Below are positions 51,559-62,955 of a DNA stretch of 64,000 nt, piece after piece. Under the pieces are notes generated by a model. The model was given only the letters and a program-made list of their open reading frames with translations, was not told the DNA's origin and did not search any database. A program made the translations under genes and the position numbers. Source of the DNA: Camelus ferus (Eukaryota); NCBI RefSeq assembly GCF_009834535.1, contig NC_045697.1, forward strand, positions 117,368,001 to 117,432,000, given 5' to 3'. The first letter of the stretch is position 1. Every line of letters begins with the position of its first letter.

Positions 51559-52006
51559 TGGTACCAAGTCCAAACTCATTCTGCTTGCCGCACGATAGGC
51601 CAATAAATCGGGAGACAAGGTGTTGGGGCAAGGAACAGTGACTTTATTCAGAAAGTTGGCAAACCGAGAGGATGGCAGACTAATGTTTTGGAGAACCATC
51701 CTACTCCAGTCAGAATACAAGATCCTTTAATACAAAAAAAAAAAAAAAAACAAAACAGGGGAGGCAGTGTGGTTGATTTTTACAAACTTCTTGGTGTACA
51801 AATTCTTTGTTCCTGCAGCTGTCCACGTGGGCCAGCTCTTCGTGCTCCTGCAAAACCTCCAACAAAACAAATGTTATTCTCCATTCTGTAACTTGTTATC
51901 TTTACGTGAGTGCAGAGTTAGCAAGACCAAGCCTAGAAAACGGCCCAGCGGTCAAAGCTAAAGGAACAGATCTAATGTGGAGTCAGATTTGTTCTTTTCT
52001 ATTACA
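51559..52006 (-). mobile_element. Solo ERV1 LTR, MER41-like lineage-specific family
   Basis: TG...CA ends and a perfect 4-bp TSD GAGG (51555-51558 and 52007-52010). AATAAA on the minus strand. Both ends are homologous to the LTR at 55218-55730. Confidence 0.85.
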
Positions 52007-52250
52007 GAGGTGTACTGTCCTGACAGAGGGAATAGAGGCTTCTGAGGAAGAGTGACAGCTCAGGTGAATGCTTCAGTGACGTCAGAGGGAACATCTAGAA
52101 ATTTCCAGTACAAAGCTGTGTCTAGCACACTTTCCTAGCCCAGCTTCTCCAAAGTAGAGGACTAAAATAAGAGTCAGTAGTGATTATGTTTGTTTTTCTT
52201 CACCTTCTCTTCTGTGGGATGATGAGAGTACAGTGAACCCAGCAGGGGGT

Positions 52251-52577
52251 TTATCCCTTCCCACCCTCTTCCCCACCTCCCAGTAATCATAAGTTACTAT
52301 GTGAGTCTGTTACTGTTTTGTAGATAAGTTCATTAGTGTCTTCTTTGTTTTTAGATTCTACATATGAGTGATATTATATGGTACTTTTCTTTCTCTTTCT
52401 GGCTTATTTCACTTAGAATGATGATCTCCAGGCCCATCCATGTTGCTGCAAATGACATTATTTTATCCTTTTTATTGCTGAGTAGTATTCCATTTTATAA
52501 ACATACCACAGCTTCTTTATCCAGTCATCTGTTGATGGACATTGGTTGTTTCCATGCCTTGGCTACTGTATATAGTG
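52251..52577 (-). mobile_element. Younger artiodactyl-type L1 ORF2-end/3' UTR fragment, no tail
   Basis: gattctacatatgagtgatattatatggtac...atttcacttagaatgatgatctccagg...ccagtcatctgttgatggaca; same family as 18031-18277. Confidence 0.88.
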
Positions 52578-53223
52578 AGGCAGTGCTCTTGAACTTGGGC
52601 AGTGGGAACTGTTAGCAAGCAGTGCTGTCCCCCACCTGGAACCAGCTAGAAGGGCTGTTACCCACCGACAATGGCAGTGAGCAGGAATAACATCATCATT
52701 GTAAGTCAGAGCAAGAGCAGGAGACGTCCATGAAGATGCCAGGAGAACTGGTCCTCAGTGCACAACAGCAACTTCCCTAGCATCCCAGAACTAGTTGGAG
52801 AGAATTTTAGGAGAATCAAGATTTGTCAGAAAACATTTTTAAGGTTAATTCAGAGAAATGAAACACTATTTTCATTGAACTGGTATGAATTTAGAAATAT
52901 GAATTATCAGTAGACTAAAGCTTAAAGAGGGTGAGGGGCGCTGCAAAAGTGAGCCCAGACATTCTGGGGAAGAAATCCTTTGCATCTATTACAGTTAAAG
53001 GGCTCTGACTTCACTAAAGGATGCCTTCTCACTCTAAGGGGGCCTGAGTTTCTGCTCTCTCTTCTAACGGGAATAAGTCAATGGATCAAAGCTCAAAATG
53101 AGCACTTAATTATCTAACACTGAAGAGGAATTAGAGTATCTGTTTAAACAGGCACTTGATAGTAGATTTATCACAAATCAAATAAAAATTATCTACTCTA
53201 AAGGAACTTGATGAAATTAGCCC

Positions 53224-53415
53224 AAGAGGTTTCAAACTATCAACTTTTGGAACAATCATCTAACGCTCTTATTAAAATGAAGTCTACCGGGTCAAAGAAC
53301 AGATACCCTGATTCTCTCAGTTTTGACTGGGATCCAGGAATCTCAATTTTAAACAAGCACACTGAGAGATTCTAAAGCAAGTGGACCTCAAAACACTCAC
53401 ATTTTGAAAAACACT
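53224..53415. mobile_element. MER5-like hAT-Charlie fossil
   Basis: ggtttcaaact...cttattaaaatg...ccaggaatctcaattttaaacaagcac...gattctaaagcaagtgg...ttttgaaaaacact. Confidence 0.7.
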
Positions 53416-55217
53416 AAAAACGAGTGATATTAATACTTAATAGAGCATAATTTCAGAACATTCTGAAGCATGCAGTCTTCACATCACATTACAGAATAAA
53501 AAGGTCATGCCATCAAAAGCTTAACCCTACAGGGATTTCAAGTTATTTTTTTAAGCACATTTAGAAAAAGAATCTACTGACACTGGAGATACTTATATTA
53601 GTGCTTTTCAACCCCATTGACTCATTTTATATGAAAATGTTCTCTTCTGTTATCTCCTTGCATCGATACCATATTATTATTTTTTTCGTCTCTAATATGG
53701 GGATTTTCTTACCTAAAATGTTCTCTACCCTTATCCTACAGTGTAATCTAGAACATCTTAACTTTTTAAGAATTATTCATAGAAAGCAATTAACTGAAAG
53801 TCTTTCATCTAAATCTGATGCCAAATTATAAGCAACCTAATATTCACACGTAGTTAATTACTACTAAGTCAATATTGTATATTTTAACCTAATTATAATA
53901 CAAGCATTAGGGGTCTGATGAAGAAAAGATCTCCTGGCTAATTCAGAAGATAGTTAACCTGCATTAAAGCTGGCAGGTTCGTAAGCTTGATTGTCTTGAC
54001 AAAGTACACAATATTAAAAACTGACTGAAAGACAATTGTTGTAACAAGAGTCATTGTAATTGGACACCAGGTGTACATAAGACTGTGTATTTTTTCTAAC
54101 AGAGTCACGATTTGCTGTCACGTTACACCACCTAGAACTCCTGCCCAAACAGAACACTCACCTTTTTCTTCCTTAAGTTCTAAGAGGAAATCTTATAACC
54201 ACCATTGTTGTGCAGAGCCAACGTTGTATCATAAACCTGTGCACATCTTATTACTGTCACTTCCTTATTTATAACCTTCTGGGGAACCAGATGTTCAAAT
54301 CCATCTACATAAGGAGTCTTCGTGTATTTAAAACAAACTATTATTACCATTTAATTATGTAATGTTAACAACTGTACCCTTAATGCACAGAAAACCACAA
54401 CCTTAGAGTGCTGAAATTTAACGACACATAGGAATCAGTTGTGTGTTTGAATGGAAATAAGTTTTTCAGGTATCTAGCGTAAGCAGTAGATTATTGACAG
54501 TTGTGGAAGATTTGAATCTGAGATGAAGCCCCTGAAGGCATGAATTCTGCTTTTTTTCACACGCCAATTTTGTATAAGATCGCCTACTGCTCCGTGCACC
54601 CTTTCCTAAAAAATTCTTGTCTATTATGTAGATAAAGTCAAAACTCTTTTTCTTCAAACCCTTTTAATGCCTCTATGGAAATATAATCCTCCTCCACTGT
54701 TACATGTCCAGATGTTATAGACACATTGTGTGCTGTCCTTACACACAGCAGCTTTGAAGCTAAACTTTTTTTTTTTTTTTTTTGCATCTCTTTCACTGGA
54801 GACATGTAAGCGTCTTGAGGGTAAAGGCACCTAGGATACTGTAAGTTTTCAACAATTCTTCTTAACCTAAATTTTAAGTCATTTGCTATTTGCCATCAAT
54901 TCATGTTATTCCTTCTTTTCCTCCTCGCATATTTTTTTTCCAATGTGTTTTTCAACTCTGCAAGAGTGCTAATTCTCAATTTGTTCTTTTTTAACCACTC
55001 ACTTATTGTTCTTGTGGCCTTAAAAACTCTGTTACATTTCAATTTCTATATCACCTTGAAAACCATTCCTGTACACATCCTTTCTGAAGGGAGGCTGTAA
55101 ATACAAACAATATTGACACCTCACCATTTCCAACCATACTGAATATTAAAGATTAAATTGTTATCATTAAAATTGCTATTATCATTTTACTTCAGGCAGG
55201 GGAGAAAACTAAGCAAT

Positions 55218-55730
55218 TGCAGTGGGGAAGAACAAATCTGATCCATACTGGATCTGTTTCTCTTACTTTGGCCTTTGTATTCATTGCTTTTGCTACAAGT
55301 TGATCACCACAAGGGACGTTGCCTGCAAGTTAAATGCTACATAATGCCCATTTCCCAGAACCGTGCCTCCCAGGTCTGCGTATTAAGCTAAAATGCCTTT
55401 GTTTAGCTCACAGGAAACATCTTGACTGGGCTCACCTGTGAATGGTTGCAGGAAAGAAGAAATTAAACATCCCCACTGAGTGTGGCCACAACCAGGACAT
55501 TTTGGAATAACTTACTACCTTTTCGCTTTACCTCCTCACTCACTCCCTCTTCCTTCTGTAAAAGAAACTAGTATCCAAACCCAGGCAAGATGGTTCTTTG
55601 GGACACTAGCGCCCCAACTTCTTGGACTTTTGACTTTCCGAATAAAGTCACTATTCCTTCCCCCAACACCTCGCGTCTCAATTTATTGGCCTGTCACATG
55701 GTGAGCCGTATGACTTTGGACTCGGTAACA
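55218..55730 (+). mobile_element. Solo ERV1 LTR, MER41-like lineage-specific family
   Basis: TG...CA ends with TSD caat/gaat (3 of 4 match). Starts tgcagtggggaagaacaaatctga. AATAAA at ~55641. Ends tttattggcctgtc...tttggactcggtaaca, as in the 51559-52006 copy. Confidence 0.85.
55352..55360. promoter_or_regulatory. GAS (STAT-binding) motif TTCCCAGAA within the MER41-like LTR
   Basis: Exact TTCN3GAA match in U3. Function is untested. Confidence 0.4.
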
Positions 55731-56292
55731 GAATGAGAGATTGAAACTACTGACATGTAACTTAAGTAGATCTAAAACTAGAAATTTCTTTCTTGTTCAA
55801 ATTTCAGTTCAGTTCAGTTTGAGTACATCTGTTTGATTGGTATTATAAGTCTATACTTCTTTTTAAGAAGTTAATGTGACATTTTATTTATTCAGTGAAA
55901 TATTTCCATAGCCTGCAGTAGCCACTGATTTCAACACATCTGTGAAATTCGATAATGCTGTGATGAGCCAGCTTGTGGATGGGAAGGGAAATGCCCTGGA
56001 CTTCTGCAACAGATTTCAACAGAGTAGGAGAAACCCATGGTTCACCCAGTCAGACACAGTTCTCGTCCTCATCCACTGTGACTTTACCTTTCCCGCTGCC
56101 CTCTTTTGACTGCTTTTCTAGGAAGAGACAGTTGTAATCAGTTCAGACATGTGCTAACCCTTCCAAAGTCCATGGTCCTTGAAACAGCCATCTCAAGAGT
56201 CATGAGAAGCCGTCACTTGGACTGATTCATAGGAGAAGAGAGCTTTACAAATTCTCATGGCTGTTTCCTCTAGGTACAGTCCTTGTCACAGA

Positions 56293-56319
56293 TGTGTGTG
56301 TGTGTGTGTGTGTGCGTGT
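56293..56319 (+). repeat. (TG)n microsatellite
   Basis: About 11 perfect TG units, then cgtgt. Confidence 0.9.
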
Positions 56320-56324
56320 ATAAA

Positions 56325-56900
56325 TGTTGCAGAAAAACGTGTTATAGCTCGGTGTTACAGCTCGGTGTTTCAGCAATCTGGATCCAGGCGAGAGACCAAG
56401 CAGCACTCAGAGAGTTGGAGAACTCAGGTTTATTATGCCAGTGGGCCCAAAGGAGTTAACACTCCAAGCTCTGGATCCCGTCTGTAGGTTTACACAGGCC
56501 TTTATATGCTGCCAGTTTTACACTTTGCAACATTAAATGCAAATAAAGTATAACAGAAGTTGACCAACTAGGAACAAGCTTTGTAGAAATAGACCAATCA
56601 GGAGTGAGAGAAATAACCAATCAGGAGTGAACTCCATGCAAATGAAGTACTACAAGTGGGCCAATCAGAAGTTAGGGAAATGGACCAATCAGGAGTGAAG
56701 GAAATAACCAATCAGGAGCGAGCTCAGGGAACCAATAGAATTTTAGGGGTAAGTTCCACTTTCCTAGAAGTAAGCCGTTTCAGAGGCAAAAAGTGAGAGC
56801 CGCTGGGCCAGGGAACCGGATGGTGCTGGCAGGAGAGTAGTGGCCCTGCCTGGGGGTCTTGCCAGTCTTTTCTTCAATGGGGCTTCCCACCTCGTAAACA
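56325..56900 (-). mobile_element. Well-preserved solo ERV LTR (family not recognised)
   Basis: TG...CA ends with flanks taaa/taat. On the minus strand the order is CCAAT array, then TATA-like ATATAAA (56501-56507), then AATAAA (56429-56434), i.e. U3-R-U5. Confidence 0.85.
56537..56740. promoter_or_regulatory. Duplicated octamer + CCAAT-box array in LTR U3
   Basis: ATGCAAAT at 56537 and 56636. CCAAT at 56594, 56617, 56661, 56685, 56708 and 56732, mostly as RRCCAATCAG. Confidence 0.65.
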
Positions 56901-56934
56901 TAATGCTGATTCCACTGAAGATCCTTGCTCTAAA

Positions 56935-57495
56935 GATCCATTTATTTCATAAATATATTTTTTTGACCATCTCCTATATGTCAAGCCCTCTGATGTGCAT
57001 TGAGGATATAATGATACAATTGCTTATTGTTTCACAAAATTGGGAGTAACATTCATCAGATAACCACAGAAACAAATACATATTTGAAAATTATTAAAGT
57101 AAGCTAAATAGAAAAATTGAGACGTTTTATGAGAGAATGGAGGGGGCACTTTGAGAGGCTTTGTTGAAGAAGTCGCACTTGAGCTGACACTTAAGGGATA
57201 TAATGCAGTTGAATCATAGATTATGAACCCTAAGATAATGTTTTAGACAGTGTCTGCAACCCACTTAAAGTCCCTGAGGTAAGGAAGACGAGGGCCTCTT
57301 ACAGGAGCAGTAGGAAGGACTCTGTCTGGAATCTAGCTTTGGGGGAGATGATGATGATTAAGAGGAACTTTGAGGACCCCACCCTGCAGGGCTTTGTAGG
57401 ATGCAATTAGGATTTGGAAGCTTTATCTTAAATGCAATGGAAAGGCATGGATGAGCTCAGAGTTGGACAGAATGATTTATATTTTAAAAAAAAAT
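56935..57495 (-). mobile_element. L2 3' region
   Basis: catttatttcataaatatattttttgaccatctcctatatgtcaagc...cttgagctgacacttaaggga...ttatcttaaatgcaatggaaagg. Confidence 0.75.
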
Positions 57496-58189
57496 CTCAG
57501 TACAATGTCAGGATGACTAAAATAAAGGAGGGAAGTGGAAGTAAAGAAATAACTCCTCTACATGTATGACATAGGAGACACAGACTTGGTGACTGAAACT
57601 CATTTGTGGGAGACTGCTTTGATTTTGGTGTCAGATATGGCTTCTGACCCTCTTCATTTGGGAAGAGATTTCTAATTAACTGCCAGTATGCTAATAATAT
57701 TCACACCTGCAGGGGAACTTGGGAAAACCTTTCATGCCAGTCTGGGAAGACACAGTGATCTTTACAGGAAAAAAAAAATGTGGTTGGATATTTTTGTGGT
57801 CTAGTATTCCTCTTGTCTTCAAGTTCTTCTGGGAATGAACTGGAAAAAACATACTGAAGATTCCATAAGGAGACTCATTTGAAATTAAAATAATCAATCT
57901 GCTGCCAATGTAGAAATCCATAGATGCTTGACACATTAAAAATTAAATACAATTAAACTGTTTTACTGATATGGGTTTTTAACATAAGAGATGTTTTTGG
58001 TGCTAGAAATGACCTCCACAGGTTAGTTCCCCACAAATATGTTTAAGTCACAACTAATTTGAAAATTTGATTTCTATACCTATTGTCTTATCATTTTTGT
58101 TTGCTTTCGCCACTAACTCTATTGAAAAAATAACCCACACTCCCTACTTAGCATCATGAGCACGTTTCCTCGCTGTTACCAGGTATAAA

Positions 58190-58950
58190 ACCATCATCCA
58201 AGATCACTAATTACCTCCTAACTGCCAAATACAGCAGCTTCCCCTAAGTCCACAAGCTACTTCATCTTTTTACAACACGTATCTACATCTCTTACAAACA
58301 TGCTATCTCCTTTTGTTCTATTTTTTTCTGTACATGTTCTTGAAATTTCAGCATGTACCAAAGCAGCTTTCTCACTGAGCTCTGCCCCATCCATTCTAAA
58401 GCTTCCCCTCTGTATGTTATGACTTCCTGCTTTATCTACAAATTCATCTGCCAACCTGCCACCCACCCACCAAAATGGGTATAAATCAGGATTCAGCATT
58501 TCCCGTCAGCTCCTTATTCTTATTTCTTATTCCTTATTCTTATATACAGAGTTCCCCACTGGGGTCATGGGCCCCTTCATCATACAACCACTTTTAAATC
58601 AGCTGCCTTGGCTTAAAAATTCTTCATGAACAATCACTCCTGTTTTCTTCACTGCCCCTCACGCTACCTAAACGAATACACTAATCATTTGCCCTGGCCC
58701 ATAATCTTTCTCTTTTTGATTTTATTATTTACATAACTTTCTTATTTATTTTCCCCAATTACTGGTGGCGTGATAGCATCCCCTTCATCCAAAACATGCT
58801 TGGAAAAATACATCCTAAATTCTTTGAGAGAACTTCAATACAATTGTGATCCAACTATAAACCACTTTTCCAACTTCATCTATAGATAACGCTCTTTGCA
58901 CATCACATTGTATTCGCCCTCCCAATGGAACCAGCTATTTTTAGAAGGCA
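58190..58950 (+). mobile_element. Fragmented L2
   Basis: ccaagatcactaattacctcctaactgccaaat and further pyrimidine-rich L2-like patches. Confidence 0.45.
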
Positions 58951-58969
58951 CTGCACACCTCTCTGGTTA

Positions 58970-59035
58970 CTCTCTTAGGTTGGGTGCCTTATAAATAGAG
59001 CCTGAGACTGAGATTCTTGTGAAGCCGTGCTCTCT
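58970..59035 (-). mobile_element. ERVL LTR terminus, LTR16/LTR33-like
   Basis: tcttaggttgggtgccttataaatagagcctgagactgagattcttgtg. Confidence 0.5.
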
Positions 59036-59054
59036 GGAGAAAGAAATTACCAGA

Positions 59055-59409
59055 GATGGAATGCGTTATCCTGTGCCCCCCCCCCCAAATTTATATATTG
59101 AAACGTAACTAAGATCATGGTATTAGGGGGTGGGACCTTTGGCAGGTGATTAGGTCTTGAGGGTGGACCCCACATGGATGGGATCAGTGCCCTTTTGGAA
59201 GAGACCCCGGAGAGGTCCCTGGCCCCTTCCTCCTTCCACCATGTGAGGACGCAGTGGGAGGACAGCCATCGGTGTCACCTGGCACTGAATCCACCAGAAC
59301 CTTGATTTTGGACCTCCCGGCTTCCAGAACAGGAAGAAATAAATTTCTGTTGTTTATAGTTACCTGGTCTATGGTCGTTCTGGTATAGCAGGCTGAATGG
59401 ACCAAGACA
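59055..59409 (+). mobile_element. MaLR solo LTR, MLT1A-like
   Basis: ccccaaatttatatattgaaa...gggacctttggcaggtgattaggtc...ccaccatgtgaggac...aataaatttctgttgtttata...gaccaagaca. Confidence 0.9.
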
Positions 59410-59500
59410 TTAAGAAAGGGAAATGTTAGGAATACATTGCTCCCTTTTTGTCTTTAAAGAGCATGTTGTTTTTATCAGCATTTATCACATCTTCTTCTGT

Positions 59501-59730
59501 CTTTTTTTATTTTTTTTTTCCCATTAAAAAAAACTGAAGTATGGTCAGGTTACAGTGTTGTGTCAATGTCTGGTGTCCAGCATAATACTTCAGTCATACA
59601 TAAACATACATATGTTCGTTTTCATGTTATTTTTCATTATAGGTTACTCTAACATATTGAATATAGGTCCCTGTGCTATACAGTATAAATTTGTTGTTTA
59701 TTTTATATATAGTAGTTAGTACCTGCAAAT
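59501..59730 (-). mobile_element. 5'-truncated artiodactyl-type L1 3' terminus
   Basis: Poly-T, then tgaagtatggtcaggttacagtgttgtg...tattgaatataggtccctgtgctatacagta. Confidence 0.88.
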
Positions 59731-60523
59731 GAGTTACTAATATGTAATGAAATCCTTGGGAACAAAGACAATTTCTTTGTTCTTTGTTTTTATTCTTTGG
59801 CCACTACAGCTCCACGGATAAAGCTCTATAACACAGTCAGAAATTTTAGAATATTTCTTGAAATGTATTGTCAGTAAATAGTGAACATTTTCCAGGAAAT
59901 CTGAAAAGTAGTAATCTTATTTTCTGGAAAAAGGTGATTATATATTTTACATTTCAATGCTATATTTATGGCTATGGACTTAAGGTCTTCTTTTGTATTT
60001 TATGTCAGACCTTTCAAAAATCATTATTTTTTTGTCACTGAAATGCCATTTGGTATTGTTCCAAGATTAACTATATTAGTCATTCCTTTTTTTTTTTTCT
60101 ATAGCAGAACTGAAAGCTATTAGACATAAAGTTCATAGAACTCAAAAGAACTTCGGGAGGCTGCCTTAGTGCAAGTGCTAAGTGGAACTGAGGACTCTTC
60201 TCAAATTGTTCACAAAGGTAGCTGCCCACTTGCTCTATTAATTTTTTTTTTTAAAGAACAAGCTACCATTTCAATATTTTATAACCTTTCTTGGCTTTCT
60301 TTCTACGTGCAAAACTCTAATGGGCCTGTTTTTCTGCTTTCTGGGGCCTCTCTGATGCAATCTGAATTCTCACTAAGCTGCTTTTATAATTAAAACTAAA
60401 CATCCTATTTTCATATTATCTTTTTCCATTGGCTTAAGGTGTTTTCAAACTCCATCAATTTTATTTTCCCCTTGACTTTAGATAAAGCACTGCAACACAA
60501 ATTATTTAACTCGTTTTACTGAA

Positions 60524-62675
60524 CTTTTTTATTTTAAGATCATTGTAAATATCCCCTGCAGCTGTAAGAAATAATACCTTTTAACCAGTCCTCCTTTATG
60601 GTAACACTTTGAAAGTCACAGAACAATATCACAACCAGGACAGTGACACTGACACAGACATGATACAGAAATTGTCCCTCACCCCAAGCATCCCTCATGG
60701 TGCCATATCCCTCCTGCTCCTTAACTCTGCTTCCACTAACAGGAAAACTATATAAATGAAATTATCTAACATACAGTCTTTGCATTGGCCTTTGTCACTC
60801 AGTTTAATTCCCTTGAGAATCTAGGTTCCTGCAGGTATCAATATTTTGCTCTTTTTTAGTGTTAAATAGTATTCCATGGTGTGAATGTACCAGTTTGTTC
60901 AAACTTTCACTCAGGGAAGGACATCTGGGTTATTTACAGCTTTGGATCTTACATGCAGAATTACTATAAACATTCATGTGCAGGTTTTCATGTGAACATG
61001 AATCTTCATTCCCTTGGGCTAATAGCCTAATAGTGCAATTTCTGGGTCACGTGACAATTGTATGTTCTTTTTTTTTCTTATAACAGAGTCAAACTGGTTT
61101 TGAGTGTAGTTGTTCCATTTGACATGGACACCCGCAATGTATGAGTAATCAAGCTTCTCTACTCTCTTACCAGTGTTTAATCCTGACACTATTTTTTATT
61201 TTAGCCATTCTGAACGTGTGTAGTAGTATTTCATTCTTGTTTTAACTTGCATTTCCCTAGTGGCCGATATTGAGCATTTCCCAAACGGCTGATGATACTG
61301 AGTATTTTTTTCGTGTGCTTATTTGCCATCTTCTTCATTGAAATGTATCTTCATGTGTTTTGCCCATTTTCTAATTGGATTGTTTATCTTTTTAATATTG
61401 ACTTTTGGGAGCTCTTTATATATTCAAGCTACTAGTCCTTTTACAGATAATGTGATTTGTAAATATTTCCACCCACTCTGTAGCTTGACTTCATTTTCTT
61501 TTGCAGGCAAAGTCTTCAATTTTGATGAAGTCCAGTATTCCAGGATTTTTGTTTTGTGAACCATGTTTTTGTTTTTCTGTGAAGTTGGAGGATTCTTGCC
61601 TTAACCTGAAGAATTTCTCCTATTTGTTTCCAAAAGTTTTATAGTTTGTTTCATTACACAATTCATTTTGAGTTAATTTTTGTATAAGTTGTAAAACTGA
61701 GGTAAGGGTTTTTTTTTTTCCTTTTTCTTTTTTGGCTATGAATGGCCAGTTGCTCCAGTACCATTGGGAAAGCTATCCGTTAAATGGATAATGGCTTTAT
61801 CACCTTTATTGAAATCAGTAGCATATATTTGTGCTGGTCCATTTTGGATACTTTGTTCCAGTCTATTGATCTATGTGTGTCTATCCTTCCACCAACACCG
61901 CAGAGGTATGATTACTGTTACTATTTAATAAGACTTGAAATTAAGTAACTGATTCCTCCAACTCTACTTGTCTTCTTCAAAATACTCTTTTCTATTCTCA
62001 GTCCTTTCCAGTTCTATATAAATTTTAATACGATCTTGTCTATTCTACAGAAAATTTTTCTGGGATTCTGATCAAAATTGCATTAACCCTGTATATCAAT
62101 TTTGGGAGAACTGACATCTTTACTATGTTGACTCTACCAATCCATGAACATAGTATATCTCTCCATTTATTTAGATCTTTTAGGTTTTTTCCCGTCAGTG
62201 TTGTACAGTTTTCAGCACACAAATTCTGTACATATTTTATTAGATTTATACCCAAGAGTTTTATTTTTTGAGGAATTGTGAGTGGTATTGCACTTTTAGT
62301 TTCAGTTTTCACATGTTCATTGTTAGTAGATAAAAATGCAATTGATTTTCATGTGTCAATCCTTGCTGAAGTTTTGGGGGTATTTTTGGGTTTTTGGTAC
62401 ATTTCTTGAGATCTTCTACATAATCAAACATGCTGTCTGCAAATCAGGATGGTTTTAACTTTTTCCTTTCCAATCTGTATACTTTGTTTCTTTTTCTTGC
62501 TTTATTGGTTAAAACTTTCAAAACTATGTTGAAAAAGAGTGGTAAGGGTGGACTTCTTTGTCTTCTTCTCTGTCTTAAAGGGAAAATATTCAATCTTTCA
62601 ACATTAAGTATAATGTAAGCTGTAGGTTTTCTGTAGATTTTCTTTGTGAAGTTGAGGAACTTTCCCTGTTTACCA
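60524..62675 (-). mobile_element. Decayed L1 (L1MC-like) 3' half: RT, C-terminus and 3' UTR
   Basis: ORFs 62040-62312 (LGINL...DLNKWRDILCSWIGRVNIVKMSVLPKLIYR) and 62444-62722 (IYRKPTAYIILN...LFFNIVLKVL) are L1 ORF2 RT. FADSM is seen at the FADD site near 62430. Confidence 0.92.
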
Positions 62676-62819
62676 GCCACTTTATCAGCACACCAATGAC
62701 ACTTTTCTAAAAAATTGGACAAACTACTGAATTCCCTAGGGTATGTTGAGAAGAAAAATCATGTAATTTTGATGTTTAGTGAATCTATACTTAGAAGTGT
62801 TATTAAGGCAATGGGAAAT

Positions 62820-62955
62820 AAAAGGATGAAGCTGAGGAAATAGAAGTAACTCAAAGATAAGATGAAGTCATCATCAGAGTCTTAAGTGTAGAAGGGATTT
62901 CCTCAAACTTGGATATGCCTGGCTCCAAACCCAAGCTCTTGAATGCTTTACTGCT
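62820..62955 (-). mobile_element. MIR fragment
   Basis: gatgaagctgagg...agaagtaact...gcctggctccaaacccaagctctt. Confidence 0.4.

Noticed and set aside
54466..54605. Minus-strand exon candidate after ttttttag
   Set aside because: Short pyrimidine tract, no convincing donor and no recognisable peptide.
51559..55730. A provirus bounded by two related LTRs
   Set aside because: The LTRs are inverted, differ internally and have separate TSDs. No gag/pol/env lies between them.
56590..56740. CRISPR-like repeat array (also 40921-41023)
   Set aside because: Mammalian context, no unique spacers of constant length and no cas genes. These are an LTR enhancer repeat and a minisatellite.
58511..58543. (CTTATT)-like short tandem repeat and long A/T homopolymers elsewhere
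   Set aside because: Ordinary slippage products.
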